A stretch of DNA of 64,000 bases from a virus. Taxonomy: Duplodnaviria; Heunggongvirae; Uroviricota; Caudoviricetes. Location of the stretch: the IMG/VR virus record IMGVR_UViG_3300032093_000003, one strand, 5' to 3'. Below are positions 1 through 12,039 of this stretch, piece after piece (the stretch's first letter is position 1; each line of letters begins with the position of its first letter). The notes under the pieces were generated by a model. It did not search any database, was not told where the DNA came from, and worked only from the letters and a program-made list of their open reading frames with translations. Position numbers and translations under genes: made by a program.

Positions 1-904
1 TTTTCTCATAATTTCCAGTAAATCTAATTGATTCGACATCACCTTTGAATGTTATCAATCTACATTTTTCACCCATTTGGTTGTCAACGTTACAGTTCAC
101 CCTTAACGCATCTTTACCTGAATCGGTAAAACTACCTCCCGCAATTATTGCATACGGGTCAATTCTTACTCCTTGAGAAGATAAATCAAAATCAACTCTA
201 GTGATTGCAATTTGACATAACTCTTGGTTGCCCCAAAAAGGATAAACCTCAATAGATTTATCATAACTAACAATTTGTGGTAAAGAATCAATATCCGACG
301 CACTTTTATATGTGTATTTATTTACGAATTTTTCTTCAGATATACCATCGTAAATAAAATCATATGGTACTAATGATTGACATCCCGCATCAGACATATC
401 TAGGTCAATATGTAATGTTTGGTTACCTAATGGTACCCCCCATATCATAAAATCACCCGCTTCATTTGTTTTTACGGTGTACCTATAATATTTTTCAAAA
501 ACCTCTAAAACTTCCTCTCTATTTAAGATGTCAGATTGATCAGGAAATGTACCTGTTGGTACGTGTCCTGTATGTTGTTTTCTAGCCGGTAATAGGTTAT
601 ATCTATAATTTGAATCGTTTCTTTGATCTATTGATCTATAAGGATACAACTCAGATAAAACAGGATCATTTTCATCAACATCTGATATTGGTACAAAAAT
701 AGAAACTCTGGCATTTGGGAGACCAAAACCATTATTAACCGATATTCTACCAACAACAACACCATAATCACCACAAAATGATGAGTAAGCCTCTTGTTGT
801 GAAAATTTTAAAGATAGTATTTCTAGTAAATCGTAGTCTTGTTTTAATTCTACGGTTATTTTTTGATCTACACCTATGTCTGTATAAATTCTATGTTTTT
901 GCAT
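1..904 (-). CDS. Hypothetical, probably virion structural protein (partial, runs off the window start; absent from ORF track)
   Basis: Manual translation from ATG at 904: MQKHRIYTDIGVDQKITVELKQDYDLLEILSLKF...VVVGRISVNNGFGLPNARVSIFVP..., open to base 1. It follows the baseplate genes and has the TATTTAT motif upstream. Confidence 0.8.
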   Translation of the reverse strand, partial: MQKHRIYTDIGVDQKITVELKQDYDLLEILSLKFSQQEAYSSFCGDYGVVVGRISVNNGFGLPNARVSIFVPISDVDENDPVLSELYPYRSIDQRNDSNYRYNLLPARKQHTGHVPTGTFPDQSDILNREEVLEVFEKYYRYTVKTNEAGDFMIWGVPLGNQTLHIDLDMSDAGCQSLVPYDFIYDGISEEKFVNKYTYKSASDIDSLPQIVSYDKSIEVYPFWGNQELCQIAITRVDFDLSSQGVRIDPYAIIAGGSFTDSGKDALRVNCNVDNQMGEKCRLITFKGDVESIRFTGNYEK

Positions 905-961
905 AATTCTTATAATAAATAGAAACTAGTTGATTTTCTATTAATATAAAGAAAAATGTTT

Positions 962-2794
962 TTAGTATGTAGTCGAACCTAATGTTTTTACCCTAACTTT
1001 TATATCTTTATTTGGGAATCTTATTTGATATATTTGATTTGCTTTCATAAAGATGGTTTTATCGGATTGTAGAATTTCCCTTGTTACATCATCTACATAC
1101 GGTTGTGAAACCTCAGCAGTGGAATATTCTCCCCCTAATAAGTTAAATGCTCTAATATCAACAACATTTATTACACCGTTTACATTACCAAGTTCTTTAA
1201 ATAGATCACCCAAAAATAAAGGGTCTCCCATTTTTCTACCATCTATACTAAATGAAGTAATTGTTTTATTTATTGTTTCTTTAATTACTTCTGTCTTGTT
1301 TACGTTCTTATCTATGATTAAGTCTATTTCTAAACCCAAATCTATTACTTGACCACTAACAATATCGATGTAATCATTTATCATTCTAAATTCAGATAAA
1401 TAATTTAAAATATTATTTTTTAATGTATTGGAGACGATATCAATTAAATTACCTCTATCATCATATGATAATAATTTAATTCTAACTTTATTATCTTCTT
1501 CCATAACTTCAACTTTGGCGGGTGCCCCATATGTGGATGGCATTGTTTCAATCAAAGATTTATAGTCATTTAAAGTGACCGCCCTATTTTGTGCGGCAAA
1601 ATTATATGCAATTAAATTTCTTAATTCTTCTATTGTTGGTTGATCGGAACCGCCAACAGCCGGTGTTATATTAGTTACGTTTAATGTGTTAATAACTTGA
1701 TTATTAATTGTACTATTTGGACCATTAACATTGAATTCCACTTCATCAACACTGTTTATTACATTTACACCGAGATTAGTACTTTTACCACCACCAATTC
1801 TATATTTTACAAATAATGTTGTCCCAACCTTGGGTAATGCACCTAATGAAAGATTATTTAGATAAACACCTAAATTTACTTTCATATTATTAGTCATAAA
1901 ATTATCTAAATTATCTAATGGATCAACATTTCCAGACCCAAACGTTAACGAAAAATAACCCTCTGGTGTATATTCCGTAACAAACTTGTTAGTTACATTT
2001 ATATAATTTCCTGCTTTAAAATTATCTCTATCAGATACAGATGTTGGATCGGGAACAAAAACTTTATCTTCAATTAGTGATTTAACCTCATACCATTTAT
2101 TTGTTGACGTATTAAATTCACCAGAATTTGGATTGGATGAGAAACTAGTTCCTTCTTTGTGTATTACTGCAGTAACACCCAAAACATTTTGTTCGGGTAA
2201 ATAAAGTTTTAAAAATGGTTTTTGATCTAACTCATTTATGACTCTTCTAAAAATTCTTGAAACACCATTAACAACTGGTTCTCTTTTAACGATTGTATAT
2301 GATACTAACTGATTATTTGCATCAAAGTTTGGTATTTTCAATCTATTTGGTTCACCTCTATTATTAAACGGATTTGAAAAATCAATATCGTCAATAGTTT
2401 CAAATACCTGTCCCCCACCAGAAACTTGTGCACCCCCTTTTAAAATACCTTCATATCTTTCATCTTCTTTATCACCTCTAACTGGAACTGTTATTGAAAA
2501 ATCACACAACGCAACCGAAGGTCTATTTCCAGGTATTTTTAAACCATATGTTTTAGCAATGAAAAATAGAGATTGTCTTTGTTGTGCAAAATCCAACATT
2601 GTTTCTTGCCAAACTCTATCAATGTGAAAATGTAGGTTATCTGCAACAGCCGCATTTATATCTAATAAAACAGAATATATAGATGCGTCGTTAGTGTTCT
2701 TAATTAGATCGGGATAATAATCTTTGGTCATTCTAACCAATTCTTCTCTTAAACCAGCGAAATCCCTTGTTGCGTATGATATTTTTTTTGCCAT
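962..2794 (-). CDS. Baseplate wedge subunit (T4 gp6 / baseplate J-like)
   Basis: N-terminal 'YATRDFAGLREEL' and 'AQNRAVTLNDYK' motifs typical of gp6/BplJ; adjacent to a gp25-like gene. Confidence 0.85.
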   Translation of the reverse strand: MAKKISYATRDFAGLREELVRMTKDYYPDLIKNTNDASIYSVLLDINAAVADNLHFHIDRVWQETMLDFAQQRQSLFFIAKTYGLKIPGNRPSVALCDFSITVPVRGDKEDERYEGILKGGAQVSGGGQVFETIDDIDFSNPFNNRGEPNRLKIPNFDANNQLVSYTIVKREPVVNGVSRIFRRVINELDQKPFLKLYLPEQNVLGVTAVIHKEGTSFSSNPNSGEFNTSTNKWYEVKSLIEDKVFVPDPTSVSDRDNFKAGNYINVTNKFVTEYTPEGYFSLTFGSGNVDPLDNLDNFMTNNMKVNLGVYLNNLSLGALPKVGTTLFVKYRIGGGKSTNLGVNVINSVDEVEFNVNGPNSTINNQVINTLNVTNITPAVGGSDQPTIEELRNLIAYNFAAQNRAVTLNDYKSLIETMPSTYGAPAKVEVMEEDNKVRIKLLSYDDRGNLIDIVSNTLKNNILNYLSEFRMINDYIDIVSGQVIDLGLEIDLIIDKNVNKTEVIKETINKTITSFSIDGRKMGDPLFLGDLFKELGNVNGVINVVDIRAFNLLGGEYSTAEVSQPYVDDVTREILQSDKTIFMKANQIYQIRFPNKDIKVRVKTLGSTTY

Positions 2795-2795
2795 C

Positions 2796-3245
2796 TTATA
2801 TGTTAATAATTATAAAGTCGGAAGACGAAAATGTACCATTATTTACAGTATAGTCTATTTTTACTTTTGCGGTATATGGTTTTGTAGAATAATCGGAAAC
2901 TCTAAATAGTCTATTGTCTTCATCCTCCATTGATGCAATTGGTCTATCAGGATCATCTTCACCAGACATTATTTTTATTGAGTTTATATCCAAATTTGGT
3001 ATATATTTTCTAACACTTTCTCTAATTTCATCTTCAATTAAATTATATGCAACTATATCATTTTGATCAAAAATGTATTCATATAATCTAGTACCAAAGT
3101 CGGGTAAATAATATCTACTACCCTTCCTTGTTAATAGAAGATGTAATAAATTTGCTCTCACCTCTTTTTCGGTAGTTTCGGTCATTCTTAAAAAATCACC
3201 TTTTCTACTATCTCTAAATGGATAATCTATACCATATGTCGCCAT
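2796..3245 (-). CDS. Baseplate wedge protein, gp25-like (GPW/gp25)
   Basis: 'NLLHLLLTRKGSRYYLPDFGTRLYEYIFD' gp25 signature. Start moved to MATYGIDYPF (3245); the longer track start crosses a terminator and promoter. Confidence 0.85.
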   Translation of the reverse strand: MATYGIDYPFRDSRKGDFLRMTETTEKEVRANLLHLLLTRKGSRYYLPDFGTRLYEYIFDQNDIVAYNLIEDEIRESVRKYIPNLDINSIKIMSGEDDPDRPIASMEDEDNRLFRVSDYSTKPYTAKVKIDYTVNNGTFSSSDFIIINI

Positions 3246-3285
3246 GTTTATAAATATAATGAATATTAAAATGGTAATAAATAAA

Positions 3286-3309
3286 AAATCGCAACATATG
3301 TTGCGATTT
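3286..3309 (-). terminator. Intrinsic terminator (perfect 24-bp palindrome AAATCGCAACATATGTTGCGATTT)
   Basis: Palindrome followed by a T-run on the minus strand, downstream of the RNR operon. Confidence 0.65.
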
Positions 3310-3381
3310 AAAATTTGTGACTTGGATTTCACCCCCTGTATAACCAAATCTTAGATGCTCAAGGTACGCCTTGACGACAGA

Positions 3382-5858
<2,477 letters not shown>

Positions 5859-5888
5859 CTCTGTTTTTAATTTATGTTTTGTTTATTA

Positions 5889-7265
5889 TTATTTTTTAAC
5901 CATCTCCTGTCTCTTCAAAAAGGCTTCTTTGGCTCTATTTTGATTGTTCTGTACCTTTTGTTCTTCATGACCCAAAAGTGTATTCTGAGACTCTGTATCG
6001 ATAAGTAAGAATTGATTATCGAATTTACAGTTTTGGAACACAACACCATCTTTACCTATACGAGATTTAAGTAATGTTAATGTTGCTAAATTATGTTCCT
6101 TTTGTTCTAATGTTTTACCTATTGAAATGATAACGTGACCTATCTGAGCCTTTTTAATTGATCCACCCATTTGATCTGTTGTTACTACTTCAGATGATAT
6201 CGATCCCCTATTACCTTGAGTGGCGGTCCAAATAACAATATCGAATTCTGTAGTCATGGCTTCTAAACTTCTCATTATAGAACCTTCTCCTTTCCATTCT
6301 TCCCCATTTGCAGATCTTTCAGGTGAGATACAATCAACATAATCAATAACCAATAAATCAATATTAAAACCTTCAGATTTGAACTTTCTTATTTTAGATT
6401 TTATTTCACCTATTGTAATATTATCACTCGGTAGTTTTAATATTTTAATTTGACCTTTGGTATTTTCATTAACCTCATTAATTTTTTCAATAACTTCTTT
6501 TTCATTATCCGGTTGATCATCAGGTGCAATACCTGTCCAAATAGTATAGTGTTTTCTTTTAATGTTATTTACATTATCTTCGAAAACTATTTGAAGAACA
6601 TTGAAACCGTATATATATGCAGTGTTAGATATTTTCGTAAGTATTGTTGTTTTACCTGTACCTGTTGGTGCTAAAACAACTCCAAGTTCACCTCTACCTA
6701 AACCACCTTTCAATAAATTATCGATACCATGAATACCGGTTGGAATTGGATGTCTATAGTCTTTTTTAAGAGCATCTTCAATGTTATCCAAAACATCTTC
6801 AACATCATCATTGGTTATACCAACTTGTAATGCCTTTTGAATGATATGTTCGATTTTTGAATATTCCTCAAAATTACCATTCTCAATAATGTTTGTTACC
6901 GTTTTTAATTCTCTTTTTAAATTCTGTTGTTTACAAAAATTAAGTGCGGTATCTTTCACATACATTATATCATCTTCGGTACTGTTTTTAATATTTTCTA
7001 ATGTGTCGATATGAATTTTACCATTATCTTTATTTGTGTGTTCACCCATTATTTTTTGGGCCAAAGTATTGTAATTAGGTATTTTACTATAAGTTCTATG
7101 TAATTCTTTTAAATTTTCCATGATATACTTAAAAGAATTATTATCAAAATACTTACTTTCTATAACATCAATAATTGTATCTCCATATTTTTTATCTTCT
7201 ATAATTGCTTTTATTAACGATTGTTGAAACGATGACCCTAGATGTCCAAAATTTTTTTCCTTCAT
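5889..7265 (-). CDS. Replicative DnaB-like helicase (T4 gp41-like)
   Basis: Walker A 'APTGTGKT', Walker B 'LLVIDYVD', 'WTATQGNR', 'LLKSRIG'. Confidence 0.9.
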   Translation of the reverse strand: MKEKNFGHLGSSFQQSLIKAIIEDKKYGDTIIDVIESKYFDNNSFKYIMENLKELHRTYSKIPNYNTLAQKIMGEHTNKDNGKIHIDTLENIKNSTEDDIMYVKDTALNFCKQQNLKRELKTVTNIIENGNFEEYSKIEHIIQKALQVGITNDDVEDVLDNIEDALKKDYRHPIPTGIHGIDNLLKGGLGRGELGVVLAPTGTGKTTILTKISNTAYIYGFNVLQIVFEDNVNNIKRKHYTIWTGIAPDDQPDNEKEVIEKINEVNENTKGQIKILKLPSDNITIGEIKSKIRKFKSEGFNIDLLVIDYVDCISPERSANGEEWKGEGSIMRSLEAMTTEFDIVIWTATQGNRGSISSEVVTTDQMGGSIKKAQIGHVIISIGKTLEQKEHNLATLTLLKSRIGKDGVVFQNCKFDNQFLLIDTESQNTLLGHEEQKVQNNQNRAKEAFLKRQEMVKK

Positions 7266-7277
7266 AATAGTTTTTTA

Positions 7278-7724
7278 TTAAAGTTCGTATTGTAAATAAG
7301 TTGTTTCTGGTTGAGACATTGACAGAATTTCAGTCAAATCTGACAAAATTACTTTTAGTCTTGGTCTAATATCAACCGTGTACCTAACCTTTGGATGATA
7401 GTAGTGAGCCGGAAACATTCTTTGAATAAATACATCGTCACCGAGCTTAATTTGGATTAAAAAATATTCTTCTAGCTTCTCATTGATATCTTCCACATTA
7501 TCGGAATTCAAAAAATAATTTTGATTTTCACATAGATAATCGGAACTTTTTATTTTTAAATCTTCAGAAATTTTATCTGAAATTTCTTTTACATAATAAT
7601 GTAAATCCATTGATCTCATTGCCTTCGGATTATGATCTTTTACGTTAAAGTACCTTTGACAGATAATGTTTTTACCTAATGTCATTAAAAACTCAAATTT
7701 TGTGATTTCTTGATTGTTAGTCAT
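7278..7724 (-). CDS. Hypothetical protein
   Basis: 148 aa ORF translationally coupled within the replication operon. Confidence 0.75.
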   Translation of the reverse strand: MTNNQEITKFEFLMTLGKNIICQRYFNVKDHNPKAMRSMDLHYYVKEISDKISEDLKIKSSDYLCENQNYFLNSDNVEDINEKLEEYFLIQIKLGDDVFIQRMFPAHYYHPKVRYTVDIRPRLKVILSDLTEILSMSQPETTYLQYEL

Positions 7725-8736
7725 GATTTTTGATTTTGATTATTCTTTTATTTTTTTCTTTTCTGGTTAATCTTAGGAAAGGATTGAAAAATATTGTCCA
7801 CGCATCGTCTCTTTTTGGTAATACCTGAAATAGACCATCTTCCATCATCATTTTTATGGTATTTTTATATGATCTACCTTCAGGATCTAATGTTCCATCA
7901 ATTAACGATTGTATGTCTTCTATTGCTTCTTCGGTTAAAAATGGTTGATCTAAACTAACTACTTTGGTATTTAATTCGTAGAACTCTTCTTCTAAAATAC
8001 CTTTTTTAGTTACCCCACCTAATAAGTTTAATATTGTTTTATTATTCTTATCATTTTCAAAAAGAATATTAGTTTTTTCTCTAATTTCTTCTATTGTAAC
8101 TGGTATGTGTTTGATCTCAGGAAATATAGATATTAATTTTTTAATTCCAAAATTTCTGATACCAAAAACATTATCGGACGAATCTCCACATAGTATTTTA
8201 GCGATCTTTACATTTTTAATGTGGATCTCCTCTTTCAAGTAAAGAATAGTGTCATTCTCTTTGTATAATTTACCGTGACCCGGATTGTAAATTATTGTAC
8301 TATCGGAAACCAATTGAGTTAAATCTCCGTCTGAAGAATAAATAATCTTTTTTTCTTTGGGTGAATTTTGAGTATAATAAGCAATACAGTCATCAGTTTC
8401 ACAAAAATCATACTGACCCTGTCTAACATATATCTCTTCAAGATATTGTTTTATTCTGTTTCTTTGATAATTGTATGAACTTATTTCCTCTTCTGATCTT
8501 AATCTAGACTTTCTGTTTTCTTTATACCCTTCGTATATACGTTTACGTTGAATTGCACCATCTTCACCATCCCAAAAAACGACTATCTTTTCTAAATTAT
8601 ATGTCTCAAAAGATTTTCTAAGTGTATTAAGAAAATGATAGATACCTCCAATGTGTTGACCCTTGTAGAAGTAATTTTTAACACCGTAGAAACCAATTGT
8701 AAGTAAATTGTCACCATCAACAAGTAAGGTTGACAT
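7717..8736 (-). CDS. 5'-3' exonuclease / RNase H (T4 rnh, Pol I N-terminal-like)
   Basis: 'LLVDGDNL', 'FWDG', 'ETDDCIAY', 'SSDGDLTQL', 'GDSSDNVFGI' acidic motifs of the FEN/5'-3' exonuclease family. Confidence 0.9.
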   Translation of the reverse strand: MSTLLVDGDNLLTIGFYGVKNYFYKGQHIGGIYHFLNTLRKSFETYNLEKIVVFWDGEDGAIQRKRIYEGYKENRKSRLRSEEEISSYNYQRNRIKQYLEEIYVRQGQYDFCETDDCIAYYTQNSPKEKKIIYSSDGDLTQLVSDSTIIYNPGHGKLYKENDTILYLKEEIHIKNVKIAKILCGDSSDNVFGIRNFGIKKLISIFPEIKHIPVTIEEIREKTNILFENDKNNKTILNLLGGVTKKGILEEEFYELNTKVVSLDQPFLTEEAIEDIQSLIDGTLDPEGRSYKNTIKMMMEDGLFQVLPKRDDAWTIFFNPFLRLTRKEKNKRIIKIKNHD

Positions 8737-8766
8737 TAATGTTCATATTATTAGTTAAAAATATTG

Positions 8767-9774
8767 TTACCCTTCAATTTCATCATCGTATTGAGAAAAT
8801 GTTTCCGTCAATTTAAAATCACCTCCACCTAATTTATTAGTCCAATATGTGGAATATTTTTCCTTATATTCTTCAAGTGATTCTTTTGTGTCAGGAATGT
8901 ATCCATTGTGTACCGCAATGATTTTACCATCTTTGTACCCCAAACCATTAACGTGATTTTTAAGTATTGAGATTTTTGTTCTAATTGCGTAAGAAACTTT
9001 TCTGCCATCTTTAGTTGCATCAATATGATTGATCCCCGCTTTCTTTTGATTACCAAATAAGAATACTAATGATGACGCTAACCATAATGCTTCCCCACCT
9101 TTAGCCTTAATTTCCGGTTGACCAAATGGATTGTCGGGTAACTCAACCCATGGTTGGTTTACAACAACTAAAGTATTGATTAATGGGTTTTCTGCGGTTG
9201 GGTAATCTTCTTTTTTAGATTTGGAAATTCTTGAATGAATACCCATACCAATTTTATCAGATAATACCGATGCGTTGTGTTGTTTACCACCTTTACCATC
9301 AAATGTCATCTTACAAGGTATTGATCCAATAGAATCCCATAGAAAACATATAGACCTATCAATTTCACCTTTTTCTTGTGCATCTAATACCTCATTAATA
9401 AACTCTGTTGCTTGTTCAATATAATCAAAACTATCATTAAAGATAAAATCACCATCCCATTCACCATTACTATCTTTTTCAGCTTTTAATCCTAACTCGA
9501 CAGCATGATCCCAACTCCATTTTTTTTCTGTAATAATGAATACAGGTAAGTGACCTTTCTTTTGAGCGTCTGCTGCCGTTAATACAAGTGCAGTTGTCTT
9601 AGATGAATTCGAATGTCCTAAAAACATATTAACACCACCCATAACAGGACCGGGTAATCCGCAAGCGTTCATAAAGGCCTCACCACAATAATAGAAATTT
9701 GTTTCCTTATATTTGGTTTTTGAAGAGAATTTCTCTTTGTAATTAAATTCTTTTTTCTTTATACTTTTTGCCAT
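8767..9774 (-). CDS. uvsX: RecA/UvsX-like recombinase
   Basis: Walker A variant 'GHSNSSKTT', Walker B 'FLWDSIGS', 'VVVNQ', 'KGGEAL', 'KNHVNG'. Confidence 0.8.
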   Translation of the reverse strand: MAKSIKKKEFNYKEKFSSKTKYKETNFYYCGEAFMNACGLPGPVMGGVNMFLGHSNSSKTTALVLTAADAQKKGHLPVFIITEKKWSWDHAVELGLKAEKDSNGEWDGDFIFNDSFDYIEQATEFINEVLDAQEKGEIDRSICFLWDSIGSIPCKMTFDGKGGKQHNASVLSDKIGMGIHSRISKSKKEDYPTAENPLINTLVVVNQPWVELPDNPFGQPEIKAKGGEALWLASSLVFLFGNQKKAGINHIDATKDGRKVSYAIRTKISILKNHVNGLGYKDGKIIAVHNGYIPDTKESLEEYKEKYSTYWTNKLGGGDFKLTETFSQYDDEIEG

Positions 9775-9793
9775 TTCTTAAAATTTTTTAGAT

Positions 9794-9843
9794 AAAAAAA
9801 CATGGACACCTACTTGGACATTGTGTCTATGTAAGTGTCCATG
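9794..9843 (-). terminator. Long hairpin terminator between the SSB and recombinase genes
   Basis: CATGGACAC...GTGTCCATG outer stem with an imperfect inner stem, followed by a U-run on the minus strand. Confidence 0.65.
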
Positions 9844-9852
9844 TTCATTAAA

Positions 9853-10689
9853 TTAGAACGGTAACTCTGAATCTACATCTTCACTATCTTGAAGATCGGG
9901 AGTAGATGATTTCGATACACCGATGGTTTCTTCTGCGGTAGAATCGGATACCCATTTTTTACTATCAGAATCCCATCTTGGGGTCTCACCTTTTGCAACC
10001 ATTTCAAGATATTCTACAGGTTTTTTAGAATAAACATCAGACCAAACCAATTCATCATTAATCCATTCTTGAGCGATTGATTCATCACTGTGTAATGGTC
10101 CCACGTCTTCGGGGATCACAGAACTAACCGCCGTATATTCTTTACCATTACCTGATTTTGTAAGTGACAATGTCACGATCAAGTCACGACCTTTTTGTGG
10201 ATCAGTGATATCTCCCTTGTTTCTCCAAATAGGAATAATTTTGTCCAATACCCCCTCACCTTTTATGTTATTTTTAAATCTCCAAAATTTAACACCGTCT
10301 TGTTCGTTTTCTCTGTCAATAACTTTAACAATGTAGAATTTTTTTGACCTGTATTGTCTTGCTAATTCTTTATCAGAAGCAACACCACTCATATTTAATC
10401 CTTCAGCAACTTCATTTAATGGTGAACGATCACCATCTTGTGCTGGATCATATAATTTAAGCCAATTACCATCAACTTGAAGTTCGTGGAACTTTACTTC
10501 AACAAATGGAGAAGAACCATCCTTTGTTGGGAGGATACGAATTCTTTTTTCTTGTGTTTTAACACCTTTAGGTAAGACAGTCGTGAAATACTTTTTCATT
10601 CTGTCTTCTTGTGATACTTTGTTTGAGTTGCCACTTGTGGCTTGTTTGTTTTTCTCGTACTGCGCAAGTACTGAATCTAATGTAGACAT
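9853..10689 (-). CDS. Single-stranded DNA-binding protein, gp32-like
   Basis: 'RIRILP', 'KFYIVKVIDR', 'GVKFWRF', 'DITDPQKGRDL' and an acidic tail ending in 'ELPF'; sits next to the recombinase. Confidence 0.75.
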   Translation of the reverse strand: MSTLDSVLAQYEKNKQATSGNSNKVSQEDRMKKYFTTVLPKGVKTQEKRIRILPTKDGSSPFVEVKFHELQVDGNWLKLYDPAQDGDRSPLNEVAEGLNMSGVASDKELARQYRSKKFYIVKVIDRENEQDGVKFWRFKNNIKGEGVLDKIIPIWRNKGDITDPQKGRDLIVTLSLTKSGNGKEYTAVSSVIPEDVGPLHSDESIAQEWINDELVWSDVYSKKPVEYLEMVAKGETPRWDSDSKKWVSDSTAEETIGVSKSSTPDLQDSEDVDSELPF

Positions 10690-10735
10690 GCTTTAAAATT
10701 TAAATGTTTATAAAATGATTATGATAAAATATAAA

Positions 10736-10763
10736 TAAAAAAAACCAGATTCGGAAATCTGGT
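10736..10763 (-). terminator. Intrinsic terminator (ACCAGATT-TCCG-AATCTGGT plus U-run), probably bidirectional
   Basis: 8-bp stem with A- and T-runs on the flanks. Confidence 0.75.
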
Positions 10764-10790
10764 CTTAGTTTTTTTTAAAAAAAAATTATT

Positions 10791-11162
10791 TTACTCTAAT
10801 GTTAACAAATATTTCATTTTTTGAACTAAACCTAATATTTCATCCCTTAAATTCAACAAATTTGTATCTTCAGGATCTATTTGTGAGGTCATTTGTTTCA
10901 ATGCCTGACATATTGCTTCCGCCATTTCCATTGGTTTAGCCTCTGATAAATTAATTAAATTTATATTTTTTGTTTCATCATCAAGTTTAAATCTACCGTA
11001 TTGACCCATTGCCTGTTCAACAAATTCATCCATTAAATCATCCAATTGTTCTCTAATTTTTGCAAACGATTCGTGTCTGGCGATACTTTTAGTCTGCCAA
11101 TGAAAAATCTTTAATTGTGCATGTAATCCTATAAATAAATTTATATTAGAATTTATATTCAT
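10791..11162 (-). CDS. Ferritin/Dps-like four-helix protein (DUF5856-like)
   Basis: 'FHWQT...RHESF...LDDLMDEFVEQ' resembles the Dps ferroxidase-site pattern HW..H...D..E. Confidence 0.6.
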   Translation of the reverse strand: MNINSNINLFIGLHAQLKIFHWQTKSIARHESFAKIREQLDDLMDEFVEQAMGQYGRFKLDDETKNINLINLSEAKPMEMAEAICQALKQMTSQIDPEDTNLLNLRDEILGLVQKMKYLLTLE

Positions 11163-11793
11163 CTTCTTGTTGATCGGGGTTAAAAGATTGTCTTATTGCA
11201 TCGGTTGAATAACTTTCAACATCACTTTTTGTTAAAACATATTCATTTTTACCTGATGCCCTCATTTGATCTTGTTTATTAGCGAAAAATTGTTGTGGAT
11301 TTTGATTAAATGGATACGAATCTAACGAACGCATTTCAAGTCTTTCTTGTGGAGTTTTTTCTTTCAATGTTTCCATTTTAGAATCCAATTTATTTATTCT
11401 ATCCATCACCATATCCATTTGTGATAATTTTTGTTCTAAATCAGTTAATTTAGAAAAAACATCATCCATTTTATTTATGACAGATGAATTGTCTTGTTTT
11501 CTATCTTCTAATTCTTTTTTAACACTTTTGGTCATATTAACCAAATCAGTTATATCAATTTCTTCCGTATCTGTAGTCGGAGCGGGTCCTGCAGCATCAG
11601 TTGGTGCCCCTCCCGCTGCGGAGTCTGGAGGAGGTATTGCACCGGGTGGTGGTGCACCCGCATCAGGAGGTGGGGGTGCCCCCATATCACCTGGTGGGGG
11701 AGGTGGAACGTCTTGTTCCATTATTAATTTATTTGCGTATCTATTGATACTCCTAAAACGTTCTAATTCTTCTTGTATTGTATTTTTTGCCAT
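11146..11793 (-). CDS. Hypothetical protein with Pro-rich linker and coiled coil
   Basis: N-terminal 'IQEELERFRSIN', a PPPP/GAP-rich segment, then heptad-like 'VFSKLTDLEQKLSQMD'. Confidence 0.75.
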   Translation of the reverse strand: MAKNTIQEELERFRSINRYANKLIMEQDVPPPPPGDMGAPPPPDAGAPPPGAIPPPDSAAGGAPTDAAGPAPTTDTEEIDITDLVNMTKSVKKELEDRKQDNSSVINKMDDVFSKLTDLEQKLSQMDMVMDRINKLDSKMETLKEKTPQERLEMRSLDSYPFNQNPQQFFANKQDQMRASGKNEYVLTKSDVESYSTDAIRQSFNPDQQEDEYKF

Positions 11794-11797
11794 AGTA

Positions 11798-12001
11798 TTA
11801 ATCTTGTAATAATTGTCTACCGTCTTCGGTAATATATTTTTTATTTATTCTTTCTACTATACCATCTTTAGATCTTATCACATAACATTCTCCTGTTTGT
11901 AAATCACACTCTTCTCTTTCCATACCATCACTAGATACATTTTTGATAGTTTTTGGATTTAAAAATTGATCCATTGTTTTGTTTAATTTTGAATTATCCA
12001 T
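11798..12001 (-). CDS. Small hypothetical protein
   Basis: 67 aa ORF in operon; TATTTAT motif upstream. Confidence 0.7.
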   Translation of the reverse strand: MDNSKLNKTMDQFLNPKTIKNVSSDGMEREECDLQTGECYVIRSKDGIVERINKKYITEDGRQLLQD

Positions 12002-12039
12002 AACTTTTTATTATAAATATTCTAAAAACTTGAATATTC

